Assembly: GCA_038231275.1 (NCBI GenBank)
Contig: JBBRLQ010000015.1
Coordinates: 64,001-128,000 of the forward strand
Direction: 5' to 3'
DNA length: 64,000 nucleotides
Source: Polyangiales bacterium
GTDB taxonomy: Bacteria > Myxococcota_A > Polyangia > Polyangiales > Polyangiaceae
Part shown: positions 31,668 through 41,307 of the stretch, in pieces
How the letters are laid out: every line of letters starts with the position of its first letter
Numbering within the stretch: position 1 is the stretch's first letter
Made by a program: the position numbers and the translations under genes
The notes under the pieces: model-generated
Databases searched by the model: none
What the model was told of the DNA's origin: nothing
The model's input: only the letters and a program-made list of their open reading frames with translations

Positions 31668-32426
31668 TCAGGCGTTCGCCATCAGCGCCATGGCGGCGCG
31701 GCGGTCGGCGTCCTTGAAGGCTTCGATCACGCTCTGGCAGGCCTCGAAGCCTCGCGTCGCTCCGATGAGCTCGACCATCCCCTTCACGGCGGACACGTTC
31801 GACCCTTCGATGGACTTGGGCTCGAGCACCGCCGGGATCACCTTCGGCGCGCCGGCGCCCGGCGTCGCCTGGAAGAGAGCGGGCTCCGCCTTGCGCAGCT
31901 CGCCGGGCTTCGCGAAGCTTACGATTTGCAGCGTTCCGACCACCGATCCGCCTGCGCGGACAGTGCCATCGGGCGAGATCGAGGCGTCTATCGACGCCGG
32001 GGGCACCTTGATCGGACGCTTGTCGGTGCCGAGGTATGGGTGACCGTCGGGCGTGGTGAGCGTGCCGTCGGTCGCCACCTTCACGCCGCCGACGCGCGTG
32101 TATCGCTCGCCTTGCGGCGTCTTCACCGTGAACATCCCGTCGCCGCGGATCGCGACGTCGAGAGGCCGACCGGTCTGCGTGATCTGCCCGGGCGACATGT
32201 CGGGCGCGACGGCGTCGACGGCCGAATAGCGCACGTTCCGCCACTGCCCCTTCTGCACCGCGGCGTTCGCGCGCGCGGTGCTCGCGCGCGAGAGGATCTC
32301 CTTGAACATCGGGCGATCGGCGCGGAAGCCCGGCGTCGACGCGTTCGCGACGTTGTTCGCGGCGGTGTCGAGCACCGCCATCTGTCCCACGGCGCCCGAG
32401 AGCGCGCTCCAGATCCCGTCGCTCAT
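31668..32426 (-). CDS. flgF: Flagellar proximal rod protein FlgF
   Basis: ANNVANASTPGFR, TGRPLDVAIRGDG, YTR, IEGSNVSAV. Confidence 0.85.
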   Translation of the reverse strand: MSDGIWSALSGAVGQMAVLDTAANNVANASTPGFRADRPMFKEILSRASTARANAAVQKGQWRNVRYSAVDAVAPDMSPGQITQTGRPLDVAIRGDGMFTVKTPQGERYTRVGGVKVATDGTLTTPDGHPYLGTDKRPIKVPPASIDASISPDGTVRAGGSVVGTLQIVSFAKPGELRKAEPALFQATPGAGAPKVIPAVLEPKSIEGSNVSAVKGMVELIGATRGFEACQSVIEAFKDADRRAAMALMANA

Positions 32427-33151
32427 CGCTTCTTCACCTCACGGAGGGGCGGGGTCGGCTTCTTGGACTCGATGTGCGCGCGCATGCGGAGAATGGCCTC
32501 GCTGTGGAGCTGGCACGCGCGCGACTCGGTCACGCCGAGGATCGCTCCGATCTCTTTCAGGCTGCACTCGTCCTGGTAGTAGAGGCCTACGACGAGGCGG
32601 AGGCGCTCGGGCAGGTAGTCGACGGCGTCGGCGATGCGATCGACGAGCTCGTGCTGCGACGCGATGACGTCGGGCGCTTGGAACTCGCCCTCGCGCGGCG
32701 ACGCGACGTCGACGAGCTCGAGCTGCGTGACCTCGGCAGCGGAGACCTGTGCGAGCAAGTCCTGGTAATCGTCGAGCGGCAACCCGAGCTCGCTCGCGAT
32801 CTCCGGCTCCTCCGGCGCGCGGCCGAGGCGCAGCGAGAGCTCGCGGACCGCCGCGGTGATCTGGCGAGACGCGTTGCGCATCTTGCGCGACATCGGATCG
32901 AGGCTGCGCAGGTAGTCGAGGATGGCGCCGCGGATACGGTGCGACGCGTAGGCCTCGATCTCGTGCTCCGGCATGTCGGGGCCGCAGCGTCGCAGGGCCT
33001 CGGCGAGGCCGACCCACCCGGCGCCGAGCAGATCGTCGAGCGCGACCTCGCGCGGGAGCTTGCGCACCATCCGCATCGCGATGCGGCGGACCATGGGCAT
33101 GTACCGCTCGTACGAGCGCTTCGTGACCGGCGTGGCGGGCTGCGCGCTCAT
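32423..33151 (-). CDS. fliA: Flagellar sigma factor sigma28
   Basis: YASHRIRGAILDYLR; LYYQDECSLKEIGAILGVTESRACQLH; ATGA overlap with flhF. Confidence 0.92.
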   Translation of the reverse strand: MSAQPATPVTKRSYERYMPMVRRIAMRMVRKLPREVALDDLLGAGWVGLAEALRRCGPDMPEHEIEAYASHRIRGAILDYLRSLDPMSRKMRNASRQITAAVRELSLRLGRAPEEPEIASELGLPLDDYQDLLAQVSAAEVTQLELVDVASPREGEFQAPDVIASQHELVDRIADAVDYLPERLRLVVGLYYQDECSLKEIGAILGVTESRACQLHSEAILRMRAHIESKKPTPPLREVKKR

Positions 33152-34284
33152 GCCATCACCGGGAAGAGCGCCTGGAGCAGCGACTCGACGGTGGCGTCCT
33201 CGATGTCCTCGGGGACGCGCGGTCCCTTGCAGAGGTGGACGAGCGGGATGTTGCCGCGGAGCGCGGCGTGGACGGTGCCGCCGATTTGGTCGGTCTCGTC
33301 GAGCTTGGTGACGACGAGCCCCGTGGGCGTGCACGTCTCGTAGACCGAGTGGAGGCGCTCGACGTCGCGCGCGCGAATCATCGCGGGCACCGTGAGGAGC
33401 ACGTCGATCGCGCGATCCTTCGCGGAGCGCAGGCACTCGGCGAGCATGCCCATCGCGACGCGGTCGCTGGGGGCGCGGCTGGCGGTGTCGACGAGGACGA
33501 CGTCGGCGCGCTCGCACTTGGCGAGTGCGGCTGCGAACTGCTCGCGGTCGTTGGCGACCCAGAGAGGAACGCCCATGAGCTCGACGAAGCGGCGCATCTG
33601 CTCGACGGCACCGACGCGGTACGTGTCGAGCGTGATGACGGCGACCGAGCGTTCCTTCTCGAGGTGCGCGCGGGCGGCGAGCTTGGCGATCGTCGTCGTC
33701 TTGCCGACGCCCGTGGGACCGACGCAGGCGACGAGGCGGCGGCCGGGCTCGTCGACGGGACTACCCTTCACCGTGAGGCGAGAGGCGATGCGATCACGGA
33801 GCCACTTGCGGAGCTCGGCGCCGCCCTTGCCCAGCTTGCTCGCCCCTTGCGCGAGCTCGGTGGCGAGCGCGCCCTCGACTCCGACTGCGTTCAGCATCGC
33901 GACAGCGCGACCGCGCGGGCGCGTCGCGGTGGCGAGCTCCTCCAGCATGGCGCGAACGGCGCGGAGCTCGGCTTCCATCGTGGGATCGGCGCGCGGCGGC
34001 GTGGGCGTGGTCAGCGCCTTCGGGGGAAGCGGTGTCGCAAAGGCGGGGGCTCCCCCGCGGCGAAGCACCTCACGAACGAACGGGGCGGGCGTGCGGCTCG
34101 ACGACGGCGCACTGCGCTCTCCGCTCGTACCGGCGCGCACCTCGACGAACGAGGTCCCGAAGCCGCCGGCCTTCCCGTTCGTCACGTGCCGCGTCGACGC
34201 GATGACCGCCCGCGGCCCGTATGCGGCCTTCACGGCGGCGACCGCCTCTGCGACGTCTCTTCCTCGGAATGTCTCGAAGTTCAT
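33148..34284 (-). CDS. flhF: SRP-family GTPase FlhF
   Basis: N-terminal B-domain motif; GPTGVGKTTTIAKLAA, DTYR, TKLDET, VPEDI; G3 reads DTAS. Confidence 0.9.
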   Translation of the reverse strand: MNFETFRGRDVAEAVAAVKAAYGPRAVIASTRHVTNGKAGGFGTSFVEVRAGTSGERSAPSSSRTPAPFVREVLRRGGAPAFATPLPPKALTTPTPPRADPTMEAELRAVRAMLEELATATRPRGRAVAMLNAVGVEGALATELAQGASKLGKGGAELRKWLRDRIASRLTVKGSPVDEPGRRLVACVGPTGVGKTTTIAKLAARAHLEKERSVAVITLDTYRVGAVEQMRRFVELMGVPLWVANDREQFAAALAKCERADVVLVDTASRAPSDRVAMGMLAECLRSAKDRAIDVLLTVPAMIRARDVERLHSVYETCTPTGLVVTKLDETDQIGGTVHAALRGNIPLVHLCKGPRVPEDIEDATVESLLQALFPVMA

Positions 34285-34305
34285 GTGGGCTTACCTCACT
34301 CGGAA

Positions 34306-36396
34306 TCACGCAGCGGCGGCGCGTATCGAAAGGGACTCGAAGGGCCGGATGGTCGTTTGGCTCTCGATCTCGCGGAACGAGAGGACGGAGAGGGTCGGGC
34401 AGCGGCGCTCCGCGAAGGCGCGGACGTAGCGACGCAAGTCGGGGCTCGTCACGAGGACCGGCGTGCGGCTGGCGGCGCGCATACGGGCGACCGATGCTTC
34501 GACCGCGAGGCCGAGCCGGCGCATGTCCTCCGGATCCAAAGCGCCGCCTGCGCCCGACGCGAGGTCGCGAAGCGAGCGGCGGAACATCTCCTCGATGCCC
34601 GGGTCCAGGACGAGCGCCGAGAGGATGCCGTCCGGTCCGCGGAAGTGTGCGCTGATCTGACGTGCGAGGCGTTGGCGCACCATCTCGGTGAGCTGCTCGG
34701 CGTCCTTGGTCGCGGGGGCGATCTCGATGAGGCCCTCCACGATGGTCCGCAGATCGCGGATGCTCACGCTCTCGCGCAGCAGATTGCGGACGACCTTCAG
34801 CACGTCTCCCATGGAGAGCAAGTTGGGTACCAAGTCGTCGACGAGCTTGGGCGTCGTGCGCGAGAAGACGTCGAGAAGGTGCTGGAGGTCGGTGCGGCCG
34901 ACGAGCTCGGCGGCGTGCGTGCGAACGAGCTCGCCCAGATGTGTCGCGATGATCGTCGCGTGATCGACCACCGCGTACCCGAGCGCCTCAGCCATCTCGC
35001 GATCCCGCGTCATCACCCAGCGCGCCGGCGTGCCGAAGACCGGATCGGTGCCCGCCTCGCCCGCCATCTCCGGCGCGGTGCCCGAGTCGTTCATCGCGAG
35101 CAGGCGCCCCGAGCGGAGCTGCGTGCGCGCCACTTCGGTGCCGAGCATCATGAAGCGGTACTCGGACGGCGCGAGCTCCAGGTTGTCGCGGATGCGAACG
35201 GGCGGAAGAATGACGCCCAGATCGAGGGCGTATTGACGCCTCAGCGAGCCGATGCGGTCGAGGAGGCTGCCTCCGTTGCTCCCGTCGACGGCGGAGATGA
35301 GCTCGTACCCCACCTCGAGCGCGAGCGCGTCGAGCGGCAGCGAAGACTCTATCTCCTCGGCCGGTGTCGGCGCCGCCTTGACCTCGGTCGGCTCGGCCGA
35401 CTTGTCACCGTCGACGGTCTTCATCTTCCACGCGCGCGCGCCGAGCGCGGTAGCGAGCGCGAGGAAGGGGAACGCCGGCATCCCCGGGATGAGCGCGAAG
35501 AGCGCCAAGACCCCGGCGGTCAGACCGACAGCGCGACGACTCCCCAGCATCTGCGTCGACAGCGCGCGGCCGATTTGCTCGCCGGCAGCGGAGCGCGTCA
35601 CGACGACGCCAGACGCGGTGGAGATGAGGAGTGAGGGGATCTGCGACACGAGCGCGTCGCCGACCGAGAGGATCGAGAAGGTCTCCGCCGCGTGCGCGAT
35701 GTCCATCCCCGACGCGACGCCGATGAGGAGACCGCCGACGAGGTTGACGAACGTGATGAGGAGGCCCGCGACCGCGTCGCCGTGGACGAACTTGCTGGCG
35801 CCGTCCATCGCGCCGAAGAAGTCGGCTTCGCGCTCGACGTCTTTTCTGCGCTTTTTGGCGATCTCCGCGTTGATCAGGCCCGCGTTCAGGTCCTGATCGA
35901 TCGCCATCTGCTTGCCGGGCATCGCGTCGAGGGTGAAGCGCGCGGCGACCTCGGCCACGCGTCCGGCGCCCTTCGTGATGACGACGAAGTTGATGATCAC
36001 GAGGATCATGAACACGACGAGGCCGACGACCACGTTGCCGCCGACGACGAAGCGCCCGAACGTCTCGACGACGCGACCGGCCGAGCCGTTGCCCTCCGCG
36101 CCGTGGAGGAGAATGAGGCGCGTCGTGGCGACGTTCAGGCTGAGCCGAAGCAGCGTGGCGACGAGGATGACCGTCGGGAAGACGCTGTACTCGAGCGCCT
36201 GCTCGATGAAGAGCGCGATGAGGAACACGCTCACCGCCACCGCGAGGCTGATCGCCAAGAGGCCGTCCAGGAGGAACGGCGGCAGCGGGATCACCATCAC
36301 GAGGATGATGCTCAGGAAGGCGATGGGGACCGCCAAGGATCCGACGCCCACCTTGCTGGCTGCGGTGGCGTTCGCGGTGGCGGCGGAAGTGGACAC
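34306..36396 (-). CDS. flhA: Flagellar export gate protein FlhA
   Basis: GRVAEVAARFTLDAMPGKQMAID, FFGAMDGASKFV. GTG 36396 preferred as start because ATG 36432 overlaps a sigma54 motif. Confidence 0.95.
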   Translation of the reverse strand: MSTSAATANATAASKVGVGSLAVPIAFLSIILVMVIPLPPFLLDGLLAISLAVAVSVFLIALFIEQALEYSVFPTVILVATLLRLSLNVATTRLILLHGAEGNGSAGRVVETFGRFVVGGNVVVGLVVFMILVIINFVVITKGAGRVAEVAARFTLDAMPGKQMAIDQDLNAGLINAEIAKKRRKDVEREADFFGAMDGASKFVHGDAVAGLLITFVNLVGGLLIGVASGMDIAHAAETFSILSVGDALVSQIPSLLISTASGVVVTRSAAGEQIGRALSTQMLGSRRAVGLTAGVLALFALIPGMPAFPFLALATALGARAWKMKTVDGDKSAEPTEVKAAPTPAEEIESSLPLDALALEVGYELISAVDGSNGGSLLDRIGSLRRQYALDLGVILPPVRIRDNLELAPSEYRFMMLGTEVARTQLRSGRLLAMNDSGTAPEMAGEAGTDPVFGTPARWVMTRDREMAEALGYAVVDHATIIATHLGELVRTHAAELVGRTDLQHLLDVFSRTTPKLVDDLVPNLLSMGDVLKVVRNLLRESVSIRDLRTIVEGLIEIAPATKDAEQLTEMVRQRLARQISAHFRGPDGILSALVLDPGIEEMFRRSLRDLASGAGGALDPEDMRRLGLAVEASVARMRAASRTPVLVTSPDLRRYVRAFAERRCPTLSVLSFREIESQTTIRPFESLSIRAAAA

Positions 36397-36415
36397 GAGG
36401 GCTTGGGCTCGTCGT

Positions 36416-36431
36416 TGCGATCCACGTGCCA
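36416..36431 (-). promoter_or_regulatory. Sigma54 promoter for flhA-flhF-fliA-flgF-fliW
   Basis: TGGCACGTGGATCGCA (GG-N10-GC). Confidence 0.7.
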
Positions 36432-36444
36432 TCGCCCGAACGGT

Positions 36445-37509
36445 TTAGCCCCAGACGACGCGATTCTTCAGGCGGTACACGAACGCCAGGACCTCGGCGA
36501 CGGCGGCGAACAGATCGGCGGGGATTTGACGCCCGACTTTGACGCGCTTGGCGATCGCGCGGGCGAGCGGCTTGTTCTCGACGACGGGGACGCCGGCGTC
36601 CTTCGCGAGTTGGCGCATGAAGAGCGCGACCTCGTCGAATCCCTTGGCGACGACGACTGGAGCGCCGTCCTGCGGGCGATAGCGGAGGGCGACGGAGATG
36701 TGGGTGGGGTTCGCGACGATGACGTCGGCGGACTTGACCATCTTGGCGAGGCCGCGTCGGAGCCGCTCACGTGCACGCGCGCGCATCTTCTGCTTGTGGC
36801 GCGGATCGCCTTCCTGCTGCTTCATCTCGTCCTTGATCTCTTGACGGCTCATCATGAGATCCTTCTCGAGCTTGACGCGATTCCAGAGGTAGTCGGCGCC
36901 GGCGAGGACCGTGAGGGCGACCGTCGCGCGAATGGCGACGTTCTCCGCGGTCTGGCCGACCGCCGACGCCGCGGACACGAGGCTCACGCTGGACATGCGC
37001 ACGAGGAGCGGAAACGCGTCGCGGACGACGCCGTAGGTCATCCACGTCACGACGCCGATGCGCCCGAGCGCGAGGAGGGTCTCGACCGTCGCGTGCTTGG
37101 GGCTGACGAGCATCTTGAGGCGGCTCATCGGATCGAGCCGATCGGCCTTGGGCATCACGAGGTCCAATCTCGGGTGAAATCCCGCCTCCGCGAAGCCGAT
37201 CGTGAGGCCGCCGAGGGTGGCGGCGATGGTCACGGGGACGAGCACGACGAGGAAGATGCTGCCCAGCCGCATCGCGACCGCCTGAACGTCGCCGTGGACG
37301 AGATCGAAGGGCTCGCCGAAGCAGCGCGTCGCGTAGTCCTTCACGTAGAGCGCCGCCATCGGCCCCATCGTCACGAGGAGCAGGATCACCGCGAGCGTCG
37401 CCGCGAGGCCCCCGGCGTCCCTCGCGCGCGCGAATTGGCCCTGTTCGCGCGCGCGCCGGCGCTTCTCCGGTGTCGGCTTCTCGGTCTTGCTCTGGTCGTC
37501 GGAGGCCAC
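36445..37509 (-). CDS. flhB: Flagellar export switch protein FlhB
   Basis: KTEKPT, EMKQQEGDP, NPTH autocleavage site. Confidence 0.95.
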   Translation of the reverse strand: MASDDQSKTEKPTPEKRRRAREQGQFARARDAGGLAATLAVILLLVTMGPMAALYVKDYATRCFGEPFDLVHGDVQAVAMRLGSIFLVVLVPVTIAATLGGLTIGFAEAGFHPRLDLVMPKADRLDPMSRLKMLVSPKHATVETLLALGRIGVVTWMTYGVVRDAFPLLVRMSSVSLVSAASAVGQTAENVAIRATVALTVLAGADYLWNRVKLEKDLMMSRQEIKDEMKQQEGDPRHKQKMRARARERLRRGLAKMVKSADVIVANPTHISVALRYRPQDGAPVVVAKGFDEVALFMRQLAKDAGVPVVENKPLARAIAKRVKVGRQIPADLFAAVAEVLAFVYRLKNRVVWG

Positions 37510-37512
37510 GGG

Positions 37513-38286
37513 CTACCCTCCGAGCGCCCCGACCAGCCCCTCGATGTGTCGTCCGACATGGGACAGCTGGACGATCATCTCGCGCGCCATGTCGGGCAAC
37601 GCCACGACGAGCGCGATCGTCCCCGCGACGAGGGAGAACGCGAAACCGACGCTGAAGATCTGCATCGCCGGCGCGGCGCGCGAGATGAAGGCGAGCGCCA
37701 CTTGGACCATCAGGAGCACGGCGACCAGCGGCACGCCGAGCCGGAGCCCGGCCTCGACGGTCTGCGCCGTGAGCTGGAGCATCGGCATCGCGGCACGCGG
37801 CGCGTCGACAAGCGTACCGGGCGGAAGCACGCGGTAGCTCGCGAGGAGCGACGCGACGAGGACGCGATGAAGACCGAGGAGAAATCCGAGGAGGAGCGCC
37901 ATGAGGCGGAACATGCGCGTGAGCCCCGACTCGCTCGACTGCGTGTGGGGATCGAACAAGGAAGCGGCGCCGAAGCCGATCATGGGCGACGTGAGATCTC
38001 CCGCGATCTCCACGACCGCCAGCGCGCATCGCGCGACGAAGCCCATCGCGAGGCCCACGAAGAGCTCGCTCGGCACGGCGAGGACCATGTTCCCGAGCTC
38101 CTCCACGCCGATCGGCGCCGGCGCCGCAGCGCCATGCGCGACGACCGCGAGGAGCAAGACCAACGCGACCTTTATGCGCATCGGCGCGTCCTGACCGAGC
38201 ATCGGCGCGATGATGACCAGGCCGGCGCTTCGCGCGGTCTCGAGCGCGAAGACGGCGCCCTCCCGGGGGAGAGCCTCGAGGGTCAT
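37513..38286 (-). CDS. fliR: Flagellar export protein FliR
   Basis: Multi-TM protein, ELFVGLAMG, ISRAAPAMQIF; position between fliQ and flhB. Confidence 0.9.
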   Translation of the reverse strand: MTLEALPREGAVFALETARSAGLVIIAPMLGQDAPMRIKVALVLLLAVVAHGAAAPAPIGVEELGNMVLAVPSELFVGLAMGFVARCALAVVEIAGDLTSPMIGFGAASLFDPHTQSSESGLTRMFRLMALLLGFLLGLHRVLVASLLASYRVLPPGTLVDAPRAAMPMLQLTAQTVEAGLRLGVPLVAVLLMVQVALAFISRAAPAMQIFSVGFAFSLVAGTIALVVALPDMAREMIVQLSHVGRHIEGLVGALGG

Positions 38287-38552
38287 TTGATGATTCCGGA
38301 GATCGCCCGAATGCTCTGCCGCGTGTAGTCGACGAGGCCGGTGAGGATCATCGGTCCCATGACGACCAGCGTGGCGGCCACCGCGATGAGCTTCGCGAGG
38401 TAGCTCACGCTCGCCTCGTTGACCTGCGTGGCCGTCTGGAAGACGCCGACGATGAGCCCGACGATGAGCGCGGCGAGGAGCACCGGCCCCGCCGCCTGCG
38501 CGGCGATCAGCATCGCGTTTCGGAGAAGATCGATGGCACCATCGGTCGTCAT
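38283..38552 (-). CDS. fliQ: Flagellar export protein FliQ
   Basis: GLIVGVFQTATQVNEASVSYLAK. Confidence 0.92.
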   Translation of the reverse strand: MTTDGAIDLLRNAMLIAAQAAGPVLLAALIVGLIVGVFQTATQVNEASVSYLAKLIAVAATLVVMGPMILTGLVDYTRQSIRAISGIIK

Positions 38553-39211
38553 CGGAAGCTCCGGAGGAGAGATTCGACGACGAGGCTCCATCCGTCGGCG
38601 AGCACGAACAGCAGCATTTTCACGGGCAAGCTGATGGTCGTGGGTGAGACGAACACCATGCCCATGCTCATGAGCAGCGACGCGATCGCGATGTCGACGA
38701 CGAGGAACGGCAAGAGCACCATGACGCCCATCTGGAAGGCCGTGGTGAGCTCGCTCACGACGAACGCGGGGATGGCGATGTGCATCGGCACGTCCTCGGG
38801 CTTGTTCGGGAGCGGCGTCTGCGTCGCCTCGTAGAACACCGCGAGATCGCTCTGTCGGGTCTGCCGCAACATGAACGTCTTGAGCGGCACCGTCGCGAGC
38901 TCCGCGGCTTGCAGCTCGCTGATCTGACCGTGCATGAACGGATCGACCGCCTGCGCCTGCATCTGGCGCGCGACCGGCGCCATCGTGAAGGCCGTGAGGA
39001 AGAGCGCGAGGCCGACGATGACTTGCGTGGGCGGCGTCTGCTGCGTGCCGATGCCCTGGCGCACGAAGGAGAGGACGACGATCGTGCGAACGAACGACGT
39101 CGACGTGAGGATGATCGCCGGAAGGAGCGAGAGGAGCGTGAGGACGGCGAGGATCTTGAGCGACGGCGCGAGGCCACCTTGCGCGCCGATGAGCTGGGCC
39201 CAGTCCTTCAC
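38549..39211 (-). CDS. fliP: Flagellar export protein FliP
   Basis: TSFVRTIVVL, GTQQTPP, PAFVVSELTTAFQMG, LFVLADGW. Confidence 0.95.
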   Translation of the reverse strand: MKDWAQLIGAQGGLAPSLKILAVLTLLSLLPAIILTSTSFVRTIVVLSFVRQGIGTQQTPPTQVIVGLALFLTAFTMAPVARQMQAQAVDPFMHGQISELQAAELATVPLKTFMLRQTRQSDLAVFYEATQTPLPNKPEDVPMHIAIPAFVVSELTTAFQMGVMVLLPFLVVDIAIASLLMSMGMVFVSPTTISLPVKMLLFVLADGWSLVVESLLRSFR

Positions 39212-40056
39212 GACTTCCTCTTCACAGCGCGGCGGCGGAGCCCCGAGACCTGGCCCTCGAGCGGCGCGACGGAGGCCGCGGCCGGCACGGCGGCGACGAG
39301 CGCCTCGAGCGAGCGGAGCGCGGCGGTCGTGGTCGTGGTCGTAGCAGGCACCGACGAGAGGCGATTGCTGTTCGCTGGCGAGCGGCGCTCGTACGTGTCG
39401 GTGGTCTCTGCGGCGATCTGGAGCGCGGCGTCGCTCGGCGGAGGTGCTGACGTGCGCGCGCCCTTCAGCGCGTCGAGCATCGCCTGGAACGGACGCGGCG
39501 ATGCGGCGGGCTTGGGACGCATCGTCGGCGCGGCGTCGTCGAACTCGTTCACATCACGGCGCTGGGCGGCGCCGCGCGGCGCGTCGGTGACACGGCCGGC
39601 CCACGCGATGCGGTGAACGGAGCGGTCGGTCACGCCGAGGAGCAAGAGCCGTCCGTTGACTTGCGTGAGCACCACTTGCGCGCGCGGCGAGACGCGGACC
39701 GTCTCGACGATCTGGAGGCGCGAGGTCGTGGGGGCCACGAGCCGCGTCTGCTTGCGACGGCGCATGTAGAACGCCGCGCCGCCGATTCCACCGACGGCCA
39801 AGAGCAATAGGATCGATCGCCACGACGAGCGGGGCGCTTCGGGTTTGCCGACGGCGGCAGGCGCGGGCGAAGGAGGCGCGAGCCAGGCCGGAGGGGCAGG
39901 CGTCGCATCCTGGATCGTAGCCGGAGCCGGAGTCGCGATCGGAGCCGGAGTCGCGGTCGCGGGCGGCGTCGCGGTCGGGTCCGTCGCCGCGGCGGCGAAT
40001 GGGGTCGTCAAGAGCGCGGTGACGAGCGCCAGCGTGCTGGCGGTGCCGGCCTTCAC
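39208..40056 (-). CDS. fliO: FliO/FliZ-family protein
   Basis: Signal-like N-terminus, TM helix, LQIVETVRVSPRAQVVLTQVNGRLLLLGVT; position between fliN and fliP. Confidence 0.8.
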   Translation of the reverse strand: MKAGTASTLALVTALLTTPFAAAATDPTATPPATATPAPIATPAPATIQDATPAPPAWLAPPSPAPAAVGKPEAPRSSWRSILLLLAVGGIGGAAFYMRRRKQTRLVAPTTSRLQIVETVRVSPRAQVVLTQVNGRLLLLGVTDRSVHRIAWAGRVTDAPRGAAQRRDVNEFDDAAPTMRPKPAASPRPFQAMLDALKGARTSAPPPSDAALQIAAETTDTYERRSPANSNRLSSVPATTTTTTAALRSLEALVAAVPAAASVAPLEGQVSGLRRRAVKRKS

Positions 40057-40406
40057 GAGCCGCCCCGCGAACGGTCGCGGACCTGCTCCGCGGTGAGAAC
40101 CTCGGTGACGCGGATGCCGTAGTGATCGCCGACGACCACCGCCTCGCCACGCGCGATGGGGCGGTTGTTGACGTAGATGTCGAGCGGCTCGTCGCTCGCC
40201 TTGGAGAGCTCGAGGACCGCGCCGGTGCCGAGCCGGAGGATCTCGGCGATGCGCATCTTGCGGCGCCCGATCTCCACCGTCACCTCGACCGGCACGTCCA
40301 TGACGAACGCCAAGCCATCGTTGGCTGCGCCGTTGTCGTCCTGCGCGGTCGCTGCTGCGGCGTTCGGCTCGTTCGGCACCGGCTGCTGGGAATCGCTCAT
40401 CGTCAT
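40053..40406 (-). CDS. fliN: C-ring switch protein FliN
   Basis: MDVPVEVTVEIGR, IARGEAVVV...YGIRVTE; GGAGG RBS. Confidence 0.93.
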   Translation of the reverse strand: MTMSDSQQPVPNEPNAAAATAQDDNGAANDGLAFVMDVPVEVTVEIGRRKMRIAEILRLGTGAVLELSKASDEPLDIYVNNRPIARGEAVVVGDHYGIRVTEVLTAEQVRDRSRGGS

Positions 40407-40431
40407 CGCCTCCACTCGGGGAAGCGAGAGT

Positions 40432-41307
40432 TCACTTTCCGTGCCGCGCTCGAATCTCTACGGCGAGCTGGCCGCGCGATGTAATGGGGGAAACCAGGAA
40501 CTTCTCGATGCCCTCGATGCGGAGCGCCACGGCGTCGTCGACGGCGGTAGTCAACCGGATGACGTCGCCCGGCTTGAGCGACAAGACACGCCGAAGGCCG
40601 AGCGACACGCGACCGAGCTCGGCGACGAGCTCCAGCGGAACCTCGGGCAGCGCGTCGCCGATGCGCGGATCGACCTCGGCGGCCTCGCGCGCCTGCGACT
40701 CGCGCACGGAGTCGTCGAACGCCTTTGCGCCGATCGTGAGGACCAGCGCGGTCGGCACACCGGTGCCGTCGACGTCGCACACGGCGCGAAAGCCGGTCGC
40801 CGCCTTCCCCGACTCTTTGCGGGGTTCCTCGTTCGTGATCGCGACATCGAGGCGCGCGACCTGCGCGATGGCCGTGCCGAGGTCGGCGGCGAGCGACCGC
40901 GCGATGCGGCCAACGAGCGCGCGCTGCGGCGACGTCAGCTCGGCGCCGAGCGAGCCGGGTGTAGGCGCGCCGCGCCCACCCAGCGATCCCTCGAGCACCA
41001 TCCCGATCGCTTGCGAGCTCAGGGTCAACGTCGCCCACGCACCGCCGGCGCCCGCGAGGTTCACGGTGAAGCTCGGCGCGTCGTCGAGACCCTCCGCGAG
41101 CGCGTCGCGTGCGGCCATCTCGACGGCGCGCGGGAGAATGCGCCCTTTGAAGCGCGTGAGGAACGGCAGGCTCCGGCGCGCGGCCCTCGCGAACGCCGCC
41201 GCCACCGCGTCCATCGCGCCGTAGGCGTTCGGCGAGAAGTGCTCGCGCGCCGCGAGGTCGAGCTTTCGCACCTCGCCGTTCTGGGCGAGGGGCTCTCCCT
41301 CGGTCAT
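40432..41307 (-). CDS. fliM: C-ring switch protein FliM lacking the N-terminal CheY-binding peptide
   Basis: Position fliL-X-fliN; LGGRG FliG-binding motif; C-terminal SpoA domain. Confidence 0.8.
   Translation of the reverse strand: MTEGEPLAQNGEVRKLDLAAREHFSPNAYGAMDAVAAAFARAARRSLPFLTRFKGRILPRAVEMAARDALAEGLDDAPSFTVNLAGAGGAWATLTLSSQAIGMVLEGSLGGRGAPTPGSLGAELTSPQRALVGRIARSLAADLGTAIAQVARLDVAITNEEPRKESGKAATGFRAVCDVDGTGVPTALVLTIGAKAFDDSVRESQAREAAEVDPRIGDALPEVPLELVAELGRVSLGLRRVLSLKPGDVIRLTTAVDDAVALRIEGIEKFLVSPITSRGQLAVEIRARHGK

Noticed and set aside
31656..31671. Sigma54-like motif before fliW (TGACCGAACATTTGCG, minus strand)
   Set aside because: It has GA instead of the invariant GG at -24, and it coincides with the flgF stop codon
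36397..36432. ATG 36432 as the flhA start
   Set aside because: It overlaps a good sigma54 -24/-12 motif and the first 12 aa are not FlhA-like; GTG 36396 is preferred
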